Part shown: positions 47,900 through 58,469 of the stretch, piece by piece
How positions within the stretch are numbered: position 1 is the first letter of the stretch
How the letters are laid out: every line of letters begins with the position of its first letter
Source: Nautiliaceae bacterium
GTDB taxonomy: Bacteria > Campylobacterota > Campylobacteria > Campylobacterales > Nautiliaceae
Length of the DNA stretch: 64,000 nt
Assembly: GCA_039831155.1 (NCBI GenBank)
Contig: JBDONT010000009.1
Location: forward strand, 1-64,000
Direction: 5' to 3'
Notes under the pieces: model-generated
Seen by the model: the letters and a program-made list of their open reading frames with translations, nothing else
The model's database searches: none
What the model was told of the DNA's origin: nothing
Translations under genes and position numbers: made by a program

Positions 47900-48553
47900 T
47901 TATAAAATTAATTTCGAACTAACTGAACATACTGCGGTTTCACTTCTTAAAATAAAACCGTTTAAACGTAAGATTTTTGTAAAATATATCCTTTCTTTGT
48001 CACTAAATCCCCCTTCCGGTCCTATTAAAACCGGAGAGTTTATATTTTCCGTTATTTCTTTTCCGTTAAAGTCTAAAGCGTAAAAATCGGGATATTTTTT
48101 AAAAAACTCTTTTGAAGAGTTTAAAATTTCTATTTCTATTATATCGCTTCTTCCGCATTGTTGAGAAGAATTTATTAAAATTTTTTCAATTCTGGATAAT
48201 TTTAATTTGAAATTCTTTTGAGAAAAATCACAATATACGAAACTTATTTTACTTACTCCTATTTCGTTTAAAGAAGGTAAAATTTTTTCTATATTTTTAG
48301 GGTCTATTATGCACCAGCCGATATGAAGAAATTTATGAGGTTTATTTGGTTTTAGTTCTTTATCTATTAAAGATAAATAAGCTTCTTTTTTATTAATTGC
48401 GGTTATTTTGTATATATAAAGATAATCGTCTTTTAAGTTTCTTATGTTTACCGATTCGTTCGGTTTCGTTCTTCTTACTTTAAAAAGATATTTATGTTCT
48501 TCCCCGGTTAGAATTAAGTTCGTTTTAGGGTCTGGATGATAGAGAAACTGCAT
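47900..48553 (-). CDS. rsmE: 16S rRNA m3U1498 methyltransferase RsmE
   Basis: HKYLFKVRR, SSQQCGR, IGPEGGFS, ILRSETA. Confidence 0.96.
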   Translation of the reverse strand: MQFLYHPDPKTNLILTGEEHKYLFKVRRTKPNESVNIRNLKDDYLYIYKITAINKKEAYLSLIDKELKPNKPHKFLHIGWCIIDPKNIEKILPSLNEIGVSKISFVYCDFSQKNFKLKLSRIEKILINSSQQCGRSDIIEIEILNSSKEFFKKYPDFYALDFNGKEITENINSPVLIGPEGGFSDKERIYFTKILRLNGFILRSETAVCSVSSKLIL

Positions 48554-48603
48554 ATCGAACCTTTTTTTGATAGAATTATAATATATTCGTTTAAAGGAAA
48601 TTA

Positions 48604-50307
48604 ATGCTAAAAGAAATAAGACTGTTTTTAACTAATCCGGAACAAAGTAATATAACGAAAATTTTAAATTCGGATTATAATGAATTAAAAATTCTTCAAA
48701 AAATGTTAAGCGTTTATTTGGAATCGGGGGAAGAGGTTAAAGTTAGGGAAATTTTAAGAGAAGTATTTAAAGTCGAAGGACTGGAAGCTTTGGAAAAAAC
48801 GGAGCATATAACAACTCTTTTAAAAGAGGGATGGATTGTTTTGGACTCTTTTAATAGAGTAAACGATAATTTGACTACGCTTGAGCTTTTTAACTCTTAC
48901 GTTTCTTTATCCGTCTCTTTTTTAAAACTTTTAGAAGGAAAGTCCGATTTGGTAATTCCCGAAGAAACGCCTTATAAAGAACATTCGGAGTTTTTACACG
49001 ACGAATTTTTAAGGGTGGAACTTTACGAGCGATTATACTCTTTAAAATCCGATTTTTTAAAAGAATCTGCAAGTATAAAGAGAGTGAAAAATAAATTAAA
49101 ATTGATAGAAGATATAATTGAGGAAAAAATAAAAAAAACTAAAATAGATTTACCGGTTTTAAATTTTATCCGAAAACGTGAATTCGATGAAAAAGAGGAA
49201 CTGATATTTTGGGCTCTTTTAAAAGAGGAATATACTTCCGGTAACGAACGACTAAGAGAACAAAATTATCTTTTGAGTTTAATTAGTGAGAATGAAATAG
49301 AAAGGATAAAAAACAGAAGTTTGCTTGATGATAATTCGAAATTAGTGGGAGATGGTGTTTTGGAATATGATGAGCTTTTTAACGTAACGGGAAGATATAC
49401 GAAAGTGTTTTTTATTAATGAGGATATTTTAAAAGAACTTATTTATCCTAAGAAAAAGCATAAAATAGAACATATTGTAAAAGAGAGTATATTTGATTTT
49501 TATGAGCCGGTAAAAGGATTTGAAGAGGTGGTGTTGCCTAAAGCTACGAAAGAGAGCGTTGTTAGACTTTTAAAGCAAGCGGATAAAAAGGTTCTTAAAC
49601 TTTTAAGAGAGTGGGGGATTAAAACCTCAAACGATATTGAAGCGAAAGTTATATTTTACGGACCGCCGGGTACGGGTAAAACTTTAACCGCTTATGCTAT
49701 TGCTAAAGAACTTGATAAGCCGATTTTGAGTTTGGATTCTAGTAAAATACTTTCGATGTATGTAGGAGAGAGTGAAAAAAACGTAAGAAGAATGTTTGAT
49801 GAATATTATTCCATATGTGAAAAATTAAAGACCAAACCTATTTTACTGTTGAATGAAGCCGACCAATTTTTAAGTACAAGAACGAGTGCTTCTTTTAGCA
49901 GTGCGGATAAAATGCATAATCAAATGCAAAATATTTTTTTGGAGCAATTGGAAAAATTCGACGGATTTTTAATAGCAACTACCAATTTGCTCGAAACTTT
50001 GGATAGTGCTTTTTCAAGAAGATTCGATTATAAAATAAAATTCGAAAAACCTTCTTTTAAAGAGAGAAAAAGGTTGTGGGATATTAAACTTCCTAAAAAT
50101 GCCGAATATGAAAAAAACTTTAGTACGGAAATTTTAAGTCGATATGAATTAAGCGGTGCCCAAATAGAGGTTGTTATTAAAAATACCGCTTTAAAAACGG
50201 CTTTAAAAAAAGAACCGGTATTTAAAGTGAAAGATTTTACGGAAGAGATAGAAAGAGAACAAAAAAACGCTTTTGATTCTCAAAATGAATTGGGCTTTAA
50301 GATTTGA
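48604..50307 (+). CDS. AAA+ family ATPase
   Basis: GPPGTGKT, SMYVGESEKN, LLNEAD, ATTN, AFSRRF. Confidence 0.92.
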   Translation: MLKEIRLFLTNPEQSNITKILNSDYNELKILQKMLSVYLESGEEVKVREILREVFKVEGLEALEKTEHITTLLKEGWIVLDSFNRVNDNLTTLELFNSYVSLSVSFLKLLEGKSDLVIPEETPYKEHSEFLHDEFLRVELYERLYSLKSDFLKESASIKRVKNKLKLIEDIIEEKIKKTKIDLPVLNFIRKREFDEKEELIFWALLKEEYTSGNERLREQNYLLSLISENEIERIKNRSLLDDNSKLVGDGVLEYDELFNVTGRYTKVFFINEDILKELIYPKKKHKIEHIVKESIFDFYEPVKGFEEVVLPKATKESVVRLLKQADKKVLKLLREWGIKTSNDIEAKVIFYGPPGTGKTLTAYAIAKELDKPILSLDSSKILSMYVGESEKNVRRMFDEYYSICEKLKTKPILLLNEADQFLSTRTSASFSSADKMHNQMQNIFLEQLEKFDGFLIATTNLLETLDSAFSRRFDYKIKFEKPSFKERKRLWDIKLPKNAEYEKNFSTEILSRYELSGAQIEVVIKNTALKTALKKEPVFKVKDFTEEIEREQKNAFDSQNELGFKI

Positions 50308-50486
50308 AGATTTTGTATGTTTAAACGAAAAGATAAGTTTGTTAAATCTGGACGCTTCACTGAATAGTTATTTATTACCCAGGGTAACTAGCTTGAAAAT
50401 AACTTTCAAAATTCGGATAATATTTGTTTTATTAAGTTTTTTCTTTTATAATATGAGAGTGCTTACATCTTTAATAAGGAGTGATA

Positions 50487-50825
50487 ATGGGAACAATTAT
50501 GTTTTTTGCATCGGGTATTTTATTGGGAGTAATATTATTATATTTCATAGGTATAGCGGTTGCACCTTTAAATCCGGGGGAAATTAAAAACGACCACTTT
50601 GAATGTGGTTTGCCACCTAGTTCTGAAGTACCTATGAAGGCTAATTTCGGATATTTTATTTTTGCTATTGCCTTTATCGTATTTGATATGGCAGGGTTAT
50701 TTTTTAGTCTGTTTGTATTTGCCGATACAACTGAAGCTTTAAACTGGGCTATGGTGTTTGGAATCTTATTATTTGCAGCTATTACGATTAGTATGAAGGA
50801 GTATAGAAATGCTAAAAGTGCTTGA
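50487..50825 (+). CDS. nuoA: Complex I-like subunit A
   Basis: FECG, FIVFD, three TM helices; ATG 50487 after AAGGAG. Confidence 0.85.
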   Translation: MGTIMFFASGILLGVILLYFIGIAVAPLNPGEIKNDHFECGLPPSSEVPMKANFGYFIFAIAFIVFDMAGLFFSLFVFADTTEALNWAMVFGILLFAAITISMKEYRNAKSA

Positions 50826-51282
50826 TTTTTTTAATTATGCAAGAAGTAAGTCGCCGTGGATTGTGCATTTTTGTAGTGGTTGTTGTTCTCTTGAAATGTT
50901 GGCGGCTATGGGACCTAGATACGATTGGGAGAGATACGGTTATATTATGACTCCGACTCCAAGACAGGCTGATATTATGTTTATTACAGGGCTTGTTAGT
51001 AAAAAAATTCTTCCGGCTCTTCTTAGAACTTATGAGCAAATGCCAGAACCAAGATATGTTGTAGCAATTGGTGCTTGTGCGTATGATGGTGGTCCTTATA
51101 ACGATTCTGAAGCCGTTATTAAAAATATGACGGAAATTCTTCCGGCTGATGTGTTTGTTGCCGGATGCCCTCCAAGACCGGAGGCTATTATTGCCGGACT
51201 TGAAGAATTGAAAGAAAAAATCAAAAAAGGCGAACCCTCCGCATCCAGTCAAGGCGGACTTTGGAAACAAATGAAATTTTAA
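50809..51282 (+). CDS. nuoB: Complex I-like subunit B (Fe-S; NuoB/MbsJ/FpoB family)
   Basis: CSGCCSLEM, RYDWERYG, PRQAD, GACA, VAGCPPRPE. Confidence 0.9.
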   Translation: MLKVLDFFNYARSKSPWIVHFCSGCCSLEMLAAMGPRYDWERYGYIMTPTPRQADIMFITGLVSKKILPALLRTYEQMPEPRYVVAIGACAYDGGPYNDSEAVIKNMTEILPADVFVAGCPPRPEAIIAGLEELKEKIKKGEPSASSQGGLWKQMKF

Positions 51283-51291
51283 GGAAAGACT

Positions 51292-52941
51292 ATGGAGAAA
51301 ATTAAAGAGATTTTAAACAAATACGATACGGAATATGTAGAAGATTACAAAACTACGTGGGTTAAAGCAAAACTTAAAAATAAAGAAGATTTATTAAAAG
51401 TCGTTCAAGATTTAATAAATGAAGGTGTAAAAACTTGTTCTACGGTTTCTCCTACCGATTTTATTGATGAAAATAAAATAGAAGTTAATTATTTCCTTGA
51501 AGATTTATTCAATAAAAGAAACGTATGGTTAAAAGTGGATATTCCAAGGGAGCTTGAAAGTTGTGAAATTGATTCAATTACCCCTTTAATGCCCAGTGCC
51601 AATTGGCACGAACTTGAAGCTTATTCCACTTACGGAGTTAAGTTTAAAGGACATCCGAATCTTAGATACTTTTTAATCAGTAGAGACTATTATGGAAAGT
51701 TTCCTTTTAGAAAAGATTTTGACTGGAAAAAACACGAAGAAAATTTAGTTGAAAATGTAAATGCAATTACTGAAGAATATTTTGAAGAGTATGACGAACA
51801 CGAAAAAGATTTCGGACACGAAGGAAGTAAAACAGTTCTAAACTGGGGACCTACGCATCCGGCTAGCGGACCTATTAGATTAAAAGTTTATATAGACGGA
51901 GAAAAAATAGAAAAAGTTCAACCGGATATAGGTTATGTATGGAGAGCTTTGGAGCATTTGGCTGAGAGAAAAGACTTTATAGGGACTATCGTTGCTGTTG
52001 AGAGAATCTGTTTTATGGATAATCCGAATCCAATGATTTGCTATTCTCAAGCCGTTGAAGAAATTGCCGGGAAAGAGATTACACCGTTTGCTAAATATAT
52101 GAGAGTGATTTTAGGTGAAACGGGAAGGATTGCGTCTCACTTAATTTCTCTTGGTGGTTTTTTCGGTACTATGGGGCTTCACACTTTTATGATGTGGTGT
52201 CTTGATATCAGAGAATATTTCCTTGATGTTTTGGAAGATTACAGTGGAGCCAGAATCGCAACAGCTTGTATAGAACCGGGAGGAGTTAGATATCCACTTG
52301 AAGACCCTCAAAAATGGTTTGATTCTTTAGATAGGGCGATGAATAAATTTGAAGAAACAAAAGATGATATTACCGATATTTTCTTAAAAAACCCTCTTAT
52401 GAATACAAGGGCAAAAGGGGTTGGTGTATTTACACTTGAAGATGTTGAAAAATATTATTTAGCCGGTCCGATTGCTAGGGCAAGTGGAGCTAAAATTGAT
52501 GTGAGAATAGATGAGCCTTATGCCGGATACGGTGATTTAAAAATGGATTATGTAACTTGTGAAAACGGAGATGCAAGAGATAGACTGTTTATTATCTTTA
52601 AAGAAATTGAGCAATCTATTGATTTAATTAAACAGGCTCTTGAAAGAATTAAAGCGGGAATAGAAGCAGGTGAAATGGATCCTAAAAAGGATCATTTAAT
52701 CAGAATGCCAAAAAGAATGCCGGCAGGTGAGGCTGTAACTAGGGTTGAATGGGCAAGAGGTGAGATGCTTATGCATCTGGTTACAGGGGAAAAAGCGACA
52801 AGCCCTTATAGATTAAAACTTAAAGCACCTAGTGTAAACCATACTATGGTACTTGATAAATTATTAAAAGGTAAATCCCTATCGGATATTCCGCTTCTTT
52901 ACGGAAGTATGCATATCTGTCAGGGTGACCTTGATAGGTAA
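51292..52941 (+). CDS. nuoCD: Fused complex I-like subunits C/D with CxxD motifs (MbsKL/FpoCD-like)
   Basis: ANWHELE..GVKFKGHP..PFRKDF (C); GPTHP, ERICFMD, C-terminal ICQGDLDR (D). Confidence 0.85.
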   Translation: MEKIKEILNKYDTEYVEDYKTTWVKAKLKNKEDLLKVVQDLINEGVKTCSTVSPTDFIDENKIEVNYFLEDLFNKRNVWLKVDIPRELESCEIDSITPLMPSANWHELEAYSTYGVKFKGHPNLRYFLISRDYYGKFPFRKDFDWKKHEENLVENVNAITEEYFEEYDEHEKDFGHEGSKTVLNWGPTHPASGPIRLKVYIDGEKIEKVQPDIGYVWRALEHLAERKDFIGTIVAVERICFMDNPNPMICYSQAVEEIAGKEITPFAKYMRVILGETGRIASHLISLGGFFGTMGLHTFMMWCLDIREYFLDVLEDYSGARIATACIEPGGVRYPLEDPQKWFDSLDRAMNKFEETKDDITDIFLKNPLMNTRAKGVGVFTLEDVEKYYLAGPIARASGAKIDVRIDEPYAGYGDLKMDYVTCENGDARDRLFIIFKEIEQSIDLIKQALERIKAGIEAGEMDPKKDHLIRMPKRMPAGEAVTRVEWARGEMLMHLVTGEKATSPYRLKLKAPSVNHTMVLDKLLKGKSLSDIPLLYGSMHICQGDLDR

Positions 52942-52950
52942 GGAGAGAAA

Positions 52951-53922
52951 ATGAGTGTAGGAAGTATGTTATTTTATATTTTTGTTTTTCCGGGATTACT
53001 TTTTTTGCTTGCTTGGACGTTTTTTGTATTTTATTTTGCAAGAAAGGCGTTAGCTTATATTCATAAAAGAGTAGGACCTCACTTTAACGGACCGGCGGGT
53101 ACTTTACAAACTTTTTACGATATAGTGAAACTTTTGACTAAAGAATCGATTACTCCTAAAAGTGCCGACCCTTATCTTTTTAATATTATTCCGATTATTA
53201 CACCTCTTGTAGCGGCACTGCCGGTTATTTTGATTCCTTGGACTCCGCTTATTAATAACGGACACGGGATTTTGGATACTCAATACGGAGTGCTCGGACT
53301 TGTCGTATTAATTGGGGTTGAACCTTTCTTACTGTTCTTAACGGGGTTCGGTTCCGATAATAAATATTCTTTTTTAGGAGGTATGAGAATCTTAGCTCAA
53401 ATGCTTTCAATGGAAGCACCGTTTTTCTTAGCCGCACTTTCACCGGCACTTCTTTTTGGTACGATGAATTTATATGATATTATGTATTCGAATACGTGGC
53501 TTACGACTTTAATTTTACTTCCGGGAGCTATTATATTTATTATAGCAATGCTCGGAATTCTTGAACAGCCTCCTTTTAATATTCCGGATGCGGAACAAGA
53601 GATTGTTTACGGGTTTTATACCGAATATTCGGGAACTAATTACGTACTTTTAAAATTTGCCGAATTTACTGAAATGTTAGTGGTAAGTGCAGCTGCGGTT
53701 ACTCTTTTTTTCGGAGGGTATAGAGGGCTGTTTTTTGACAGTTTTTGGTGTTTGTTTTTAAAAATCGTTTTACTTGCATTGGTAATGGTTGCTATTAGGG
53801 CGGCAAACCCGAGACTTAGACTTGATCAGATGCTTAAATTCTGTTGGAGTTGGTTGACACCTCTTGCGGTTTTAAATTTAGTTTGGATAATTTTTGCGAA
53901 AATTTATATTTTAGGAGTATAA
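52951..53922 (+). CDS. nuoH: Complex I-like subunit H
   Basis: RVGP, DIVKLLTKE, NKYSFLGGMR, PFNIPDAEQEIVYG..TEYSG. Confidence 0.92.
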   Translation: MSVGSMLFYIFVFPGLLFLLAWTFFVFYFARKALAYIHKRVGPHFNGPAGTLQTFYDIVKLLTKESITPKSADPYLFNIIPIITPLVAALPVILIPWTPLINNGHGILDTQYGVLGLVVLIGVEPFLLFLTGFGSDNKYSFLGGMRILAQMLSMEAPFFLAALSPALLFGTMNLYDIMYSNTWLTTLILLPGAIIFIIAMLGILEQPPFNIPDAEQEIVYGFYTEYSGTNYVLLKFAEFTEMLVVSAAAVTLFFGGYRGLFFDSFWCLFLKIVLLALVMVAIRAANPRLRLDQMLKFCWSWLTPLAVLNLVWIIFAKIYILGV

Positions 53923-53923
53923 G

Positions 53924-54418
53924 ATGTTTTTTAATATTATTGAAAAAGCTTTTAAAGTTACGAAAGCTTTTAAAGAACCTAGAATCGCTACGAAAAATGT
54001 TAGTAAGGACGTTATGCATCATTCTCCTATGTTTAGAGGAAAACACGAAATTAAATATGAAATTTGTACCGGATGTGAAGCGTGTGCCAAAATTTGTCCG
54101 GTAGATGCTATTGTAATGGCACCTCTTCCTATTAAAAGACCGAAAGCTTTGCCGGAAGTGAATTTGGCTATTTGTATTTTTTGTGGTCTTTGTGAGGATG
54201 TTTGTCCCACTAAGCCGGAAAAAGCTATTAAGCTTAGCGGCGGTACGTTTGAAATGATTACCGGTGGTACGAATGAGGATTTGGATAAATATTGGGTTAA
54301 ATGTGATGTACCTAAAGAGTGGATAGAAGAGAAGAAAAAAGAAGAAGAAGAAAAAGCTAGAAAAAAAAGAGAAATGATGGCTAAGAAAAAAGCTGAAGCT
54401 GCTAAAGGAGAGGCGTAA
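53924..54418 (+). CDS. nuoI: Complex I-like subunit I (2x[4Fe-4S])
   Basis: CTGCEACAKICP and CIFCGLCEDVCP. Confidence 0.92.
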   Translation: MFFNIIEKAFKVTKAFKEPRIATKNVSKDVMHHSPMFRGKHEIKYEICTGCEACAKICPVDAIVMAPLPIKRPKALPEVNLAICIFCGLCEDVCPTKPEKAIKLSGGTFEMITGGTNEDLDKYWVKCDVPKEWIEEKKKEEEEKARKKREMMAKKKAEAAKGEA

Positions 54419-54885
54419 TGAGTGTATTGATTTTAGCGTTAGCGGTAATACTTGCCGTTATGTCTTTAACTCAAAAAAATACGGTACCGGCGGTACTTGC
54501 GTTTGTTATGATGATGTTTTTATTGGGGATTTACTATATTCTAATGGATGAAAAACTACTTGGACTTTTCCAAATTTTCGTATATACGGGCGGTATTGTA
54601 GTTTTAACCCTATTTGGTGTTACTGTAATAGGGTCTAAGTTTCCTAAGTTTGAAATAAGACCTTGGGCTGTAGCTGTTGTTACTGTAGTAGTTATAGGGC
54701 TTTTAATTATTCCGTTTATTTTACCTCCTATTCAGTATGAAGTCAAAGCTTTACCTTTGAAAGAACAAGTGAAAATTTTTACTGATTTTTATTCTGAAAT
54801 TGCAATTTTTATGGGTGTGGTAGCGGCTAGCGTATTATACGGAAGTATTAGAATGTTACATACTTTAAAGCATGAAAAGGAATAA
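54418..54885 (+). CDS. nuoJ: Complex I-like subunit J
   Basis: QIFVYTGGIVVL; multi-TM; operon position. Confidence 0.88.
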   Translation: MSVLILALAVILAVMSLTQKNTVPAVLAFVMMMFLLGIYYILMDEKLLGLFQIFVYTGGIVVLTLFGVTVIGSKFPKFEIRPWAVAVVTVVVIGLLIIPFILPPIQYEVKALPLKEQVKIFTDFYSEIAIFMGVVAASVLYGSIRMLHTLKHEKE

Positions 54886-54887
54886 AA

Positions 54888-55196
54888 ATGATAGGTTTTT
54901 ATATTGATACGATTTTTGCGATTATTTTGTTTGGAGTGGGATTATACGGGGTAACGAGCAAAAGCGATTTTTTAAAAATTTTCTTTTCTTTGGAAATTTT
55001 ACTTAATGCGGTTATTTTATTTCTAGCTAGCGGTGCTTATCATTTCGGATTAACTAAAGGTTTGGCGATAGCTTATGTAATTATAGTGATAGCTACTTTA
55101 GAAGCTGCGGCGGGAGTACTTATTTTCTTATTGAGTTATAGAATAACCGGAGAAATTATTCCGGATAAATTAGATAAGGCGGTGAGCGATGAGTAA
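54888..55196 (+). CDS. nuoK: Complex I-like subunit K
   Basis: GLYG, SLEILLNA, LEAAAG. Confidence 0.9.
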   Translation: MIGFYIDTIFAIILFGVGLYGVTSKSDFLKIFFSLEILLNAVILFLASGAYHFGLTKGLAIAYVIIVIATLEAAAGVLIFLLSYRITGEIIPDKLDKAVSDE

Positions 55197-57042
55197 TGCG
55201 GTATTAGTGTTATTAATGGCTCCGTTTATAGGGGCTGTTTTAGCATATGTATTGGGAAAAATTAAAATCAATTTAGCGTTTTGGGTAGCGGAAATTGTAG
55301 GTATTATGCTTTTTGCCGCTAGTTTAGTGATATTTACGATTCATAGCGGGTCACCGATTGATATTGACTATACGTGGATAGCGTATGGGGACTTGAAACT
55401 TCCTTTTGGTATTTATATTGACCATTTAAGCATAGTAATGCTTTTAATTGCAACAGGTCTTGGATTGGCTGATATTCATTTTGCCCATGATTATATGGGA
55501 GATGACCCGGATCAACCTAGATATTATGCAAAAGTTCTTTTCTTTATCGGTGGGATGATTTTACTTGTTATTACAAAAGACTTGATCGGTGCTTTTGTCG
55601 GTTGGGAATTTATGGGGCTTGCTTCTTATGCACTAATTAGTTTTTGGTATTATAAAAATTCAGCTGCAGATGCTGGTATGCAGGCGTTTTTATATACGAG
55701 ATTCGGTGATATCTTTATTTTAGCGGCTATCGGTTTACTTGTTTATTATGTAGGTACCTTAAATTTAGTTGAGTTAAATGAGCTTGCAAATGCAGGTGAA
55801 ATAAATAAAACCGTAGCTTTAGTAGTGGCACTGTTTATTTTTATGGGTGCTGTCGGTAAATCAGGTCAGTTTCCACTATACCCTTGGCTTATGAACGCAA
55901 TGGAAGGTCCGACAACCGTTTCGGCACTTATTCATGGTGCTACAATGGTTAACTCCGGTATTTATATCGTAGCTAGACTTTTTGATTTCTTTGCATATAC
56001 CGATGCTTTATTTATAGTTGCGAACGTTGCGGCACTTTCAGCGTTTATCGGTGCTACTTCGGCTCTTGTTCAAAAAGAGATTAAAAAAATCCTTGCATAT
56101 TCAACTATGTCTCACTTATCAATAGCATTTGTGGGGCTTGGAGTTGGAAGTCTTGCAGCCGGAATGCTTCATCTTGTAAACCATGCAATTTTTAAAGCGT
56201 TACTTTTCTTAAGTGCTGGGGCTGTAATTTATATAGCACATCATACAAAAGATGCTTGGAAACTTGGTGGTCTTATTAAAACGGCTCCGTTTGTGGCGTT
56301 GTTTATGGCTATGGGGTCACTAAGTCTTGCCGGTGTACTTCCTTTTAGTGGATTTTTCTCAAAAGAGATGGTTGTTTCTGCGGCTTGGGCTCACGGAAAC
56401 GAATTTACAAAAGTGTTTGTAACTATTGCGGCACTTTTATCAATTGCATATATTACAAGACTTTGGATTTTAATCTTCTTAGGAGAACCTAGAAACGAAG
56501 ATATAGCGGGAAGCGTTCATGCTCCAAGTAACCTTTGGATGAGATTACCTCTTGGTGTTTTAGCGGTAATAACTTTGGCAATTTCAATTTGGCAAAGCGA
56601 TATAGTTCGTTTTATTTTAAACGGAAAAGAGGAAGTTGAACCTCATATTGTAGGTTTAACGGCATTTATGTTAACAGGAATGCTTATTATTTTCTTAATT
56701 GTGGTTGGGCTTTATGTTAAAGGTCTTAACTTACTATATAAAATTGCATCACACCATTTTGTACAGACAATCCATCAAATTCTGTTTAACGGATACTATG
56801 TAGAAAGAATAATTACGTGGATTTCAAAAACAATTGTTGTAAACTCTTTAGCAAAAGCGGCTAGATGGTTTGATACTAATGTTATTGATTATCTGGTTAA
56901 CGCTACAATTCCGGCTACTCAAATGGTATACAGAGTATTTAGAGCCGGTCATAGCGGTAAAATAGGGACTTATATGGGGCAATTCGTAATTGGTGTCGCA
57001 ATTATAGTTATTGCTATCTTAATAATTGTAAAGGGTCTGTAA
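55189..57042 (+). CDS. nuoL: Complex I-like antiporter subunit L
   Basis: GWEFMG, GKSGQFPL.PWL.NAMEGPTTVSALIH, HAIFKALLF. Confidence 0.94.
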   Translation: MSNAVLVLLMAPFIGAVLAYVLGKIKINLAFWVAEIVGIMLFAASLVIFTIHSGSPIDIDYTWIAYGDLKLPFGIYIDHLSIVMLLIATGLGLADIHFAHDYMGDDPDQPRYYAKVLFFIGGMILLVITKDLIGAFVGWEFMGLASYALISFWYYKNSAADAGMQAFLYTRFGDIFILAAIGLLVYYVGTLNLVELNELANAGEINKTVALVVALFIFMGAVGKSGQFPLYPWLMNAMEGPTTVSALIHGATMVNSGIYIVARLFDFFAYTDALFIVANVAALSAFIGATSALVQKEIKKILAYSTMSHLSIAFVGLGVGSLAAGMLHLVNHAIFKALLFLSAGAVIYIAHHTKDAWKLGGLIKTAPFVALFMAMGSLSLAGVLPFSGFFSKEMVVSAAWAHGNEFTKVFVTIAALLSIAYITRLWILIFLGEPRNEDIAGSVHAPSNLWMRLPLGVLAVITLAISIWQSDIVRFILNGKEEVEPHIVGLTAFMLTGMLIIFLIVVGLYVKGLNLLYKIASHHFVQTIHQILFNGYYVERIITWISKTIVVNSLAKAARWFDTNVIDYLVNATIPATQMVYRVFRAGHSGKIGTYMGQFVIGVAIIVIAILIIVKGL

Positions 57043-58469
57043 TGGTAGCTGTAGATATAATTTTCGCTCCGATTTTTTTGTCGGTGCTTTTGTATTTTAT
57101 AACAAGAAATAATCAAGAACTTGCAAAGTATATTGCACTGGGGTGGTTTGTCGTTCAGTTAATTATTGCGATTAGTTGGTATAACGCTTTACCGGCGGAG
57201 GGTTTTTATAATTTGGGTACGTTTTTAAAAGTGCCTTATTTTGATTTTTCTTTAACTTTAAAAATTGACGCTTTAAGTGTAGCGATGCTTATATTAACGG
57301 CTGCACTTCTTATTTTGGTTGTATTTACATCTTGGGAAGAAAAAAACCAAGCGGCTTATTTTAGTTTATTGGTACTATTTAGCGGTCCGATTTTCGGTGT
57401 ATTTATGACTACGAACGTATTATGGTTTTTTATGTTTTGGGAATTGACTTTAGTTCCTATGTTTTTTCTTGTCGGTTTTTGGGGTGGTGAGAGAAGAATT
57501 TACGCAGCTGTTAAGTTTTTCTTATATACACACCTTGCTAGTATGTTTATGTTTGTAGGTTTTTATCTTCTTTATAAACAAACCGGTTATTGGGACTTAA
57601 GCGAAATAAAAGAAGTTATGCTTGCAACTCCGGCACTTATTTGGTGGTTGATGTTTATAGGGTTTGCAGCAAAACTTCCTGTATTTCCGTTTCATACGTG
57701 GCTACCTGATGCACACGTTGAGGCACCTAGTTCTATTTCTGTACTTCTTGCCGGGGTACTTCTTAAAATGGGTGCTTACGGTTTAATTAGATTTACGGTT
57801 GAACTTATGCCTTATACAACAACTGACTTTTCAAACTGGATGTTGATTATCGGTATTAATACTACACTTTTTGCCGGTATGCTTGCGATTTATGAAAAAC
57901 ATATCAAAAAAATGGTTGCATATAGTTCCATTTCGCATATGGGGCTTGTTGTGGTTGCAATTGCTACAATGACTTATGACGGTTTAAGTGCGGCATTTTA
58001 TGAAATGATAGGACACGCACTTGTGATTTCGCCACTGTTTTTAATTGCCGGATGGCTTCACCATAAAACTCATACGTGGTATATGGATGAGATGGGCGGA
58101 ATTATGAAAAAAGCTCCTTATGTGAGTGCGATTTTTATTTTAGCCGGTATGGCGGCTCTTGGACTTCCCGGTACTATGGGATTTGTAGGAGAACTTACCA
58201 TTATAGTTTCGGCTATTAAATCGTTTGGTTGGTGGGTTGCGGTAATTGCAATAGCTTCGTTAATCAGTGCCGGGTATATTATTTGGGCGGTTAGACGAGC
58301 AATTCACGGAGAGATGTCTCCGATTGTACAAAAAGCGGATTTTACTATGAGTTTTCCTGAAAAACTTGCTTTAGCTATATTTGCAATTATGATTGTATAT
58401 TTTGGTATTCAACCACAACCAATCTTTGATTTAGCAAACAAAGCATTTAGCTTTCTTGGAGGGATGTAA
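57042..58469 (+). CDS. nuoM: Complex I-like antiporter subunit M
   Basis: FWELTLVP, KLPVFPFHTWLPDAHVEAP, LLKMGAYG, PGTMGFVGE. Confidence 0.95.
   Translation: MVAVDIIFAPIFLSVLLYFITRNNQELAKYIALGWFVVQLIIAISWYNALPAEGFYNLGTFLKVPYFDFSLTLKIDALSVAMLILTAALLILVVFTSWEEKNQAAYFSLLVLFSGPIFGVFMTTNVLWFFMFWELTLVPMFFLVGFWGGERRIYAAVKFFLYTHLASMFMFVGFYLLYKQTGYWDLSEIKEVMLATPALIWWLMFIGFAAKLPVFPFHTWLPDAHVEAPSSISVLLAGVLLKMGAYGLIRFTVELMPYTTTDFSNWMLIIGINTTLFAGMLAIYEKHIKKMVAYSSISHMGLVVVAIATMTYDGLSAAFYEMIGHALVISPLFLIAGWLHHKTHTWYMDEMGGIMKKAPYVSAIFILAGMAALGLPGTMGFVGELTIIVSAIKSFGWWVAVIAIASLISAGYIIWAVRRAIHGEMSPIVQKADFTMSFPEKLALAIFAIMIVYFGIQPQPIFDLANKAFSFLGGM

Noticed and set aside
50273-50587. 104-aa ORF spanning the AAA-nuoA intergenic region
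   Set aside because: Overlaps both neighbours, no motif, and covers the likely nuo promoter (TATAAT at 50447-50452)
51292-52941. Group 4 NiFe hydrogenase large subunit
   Set aside because: Only two of four metal-binding cysteines remain
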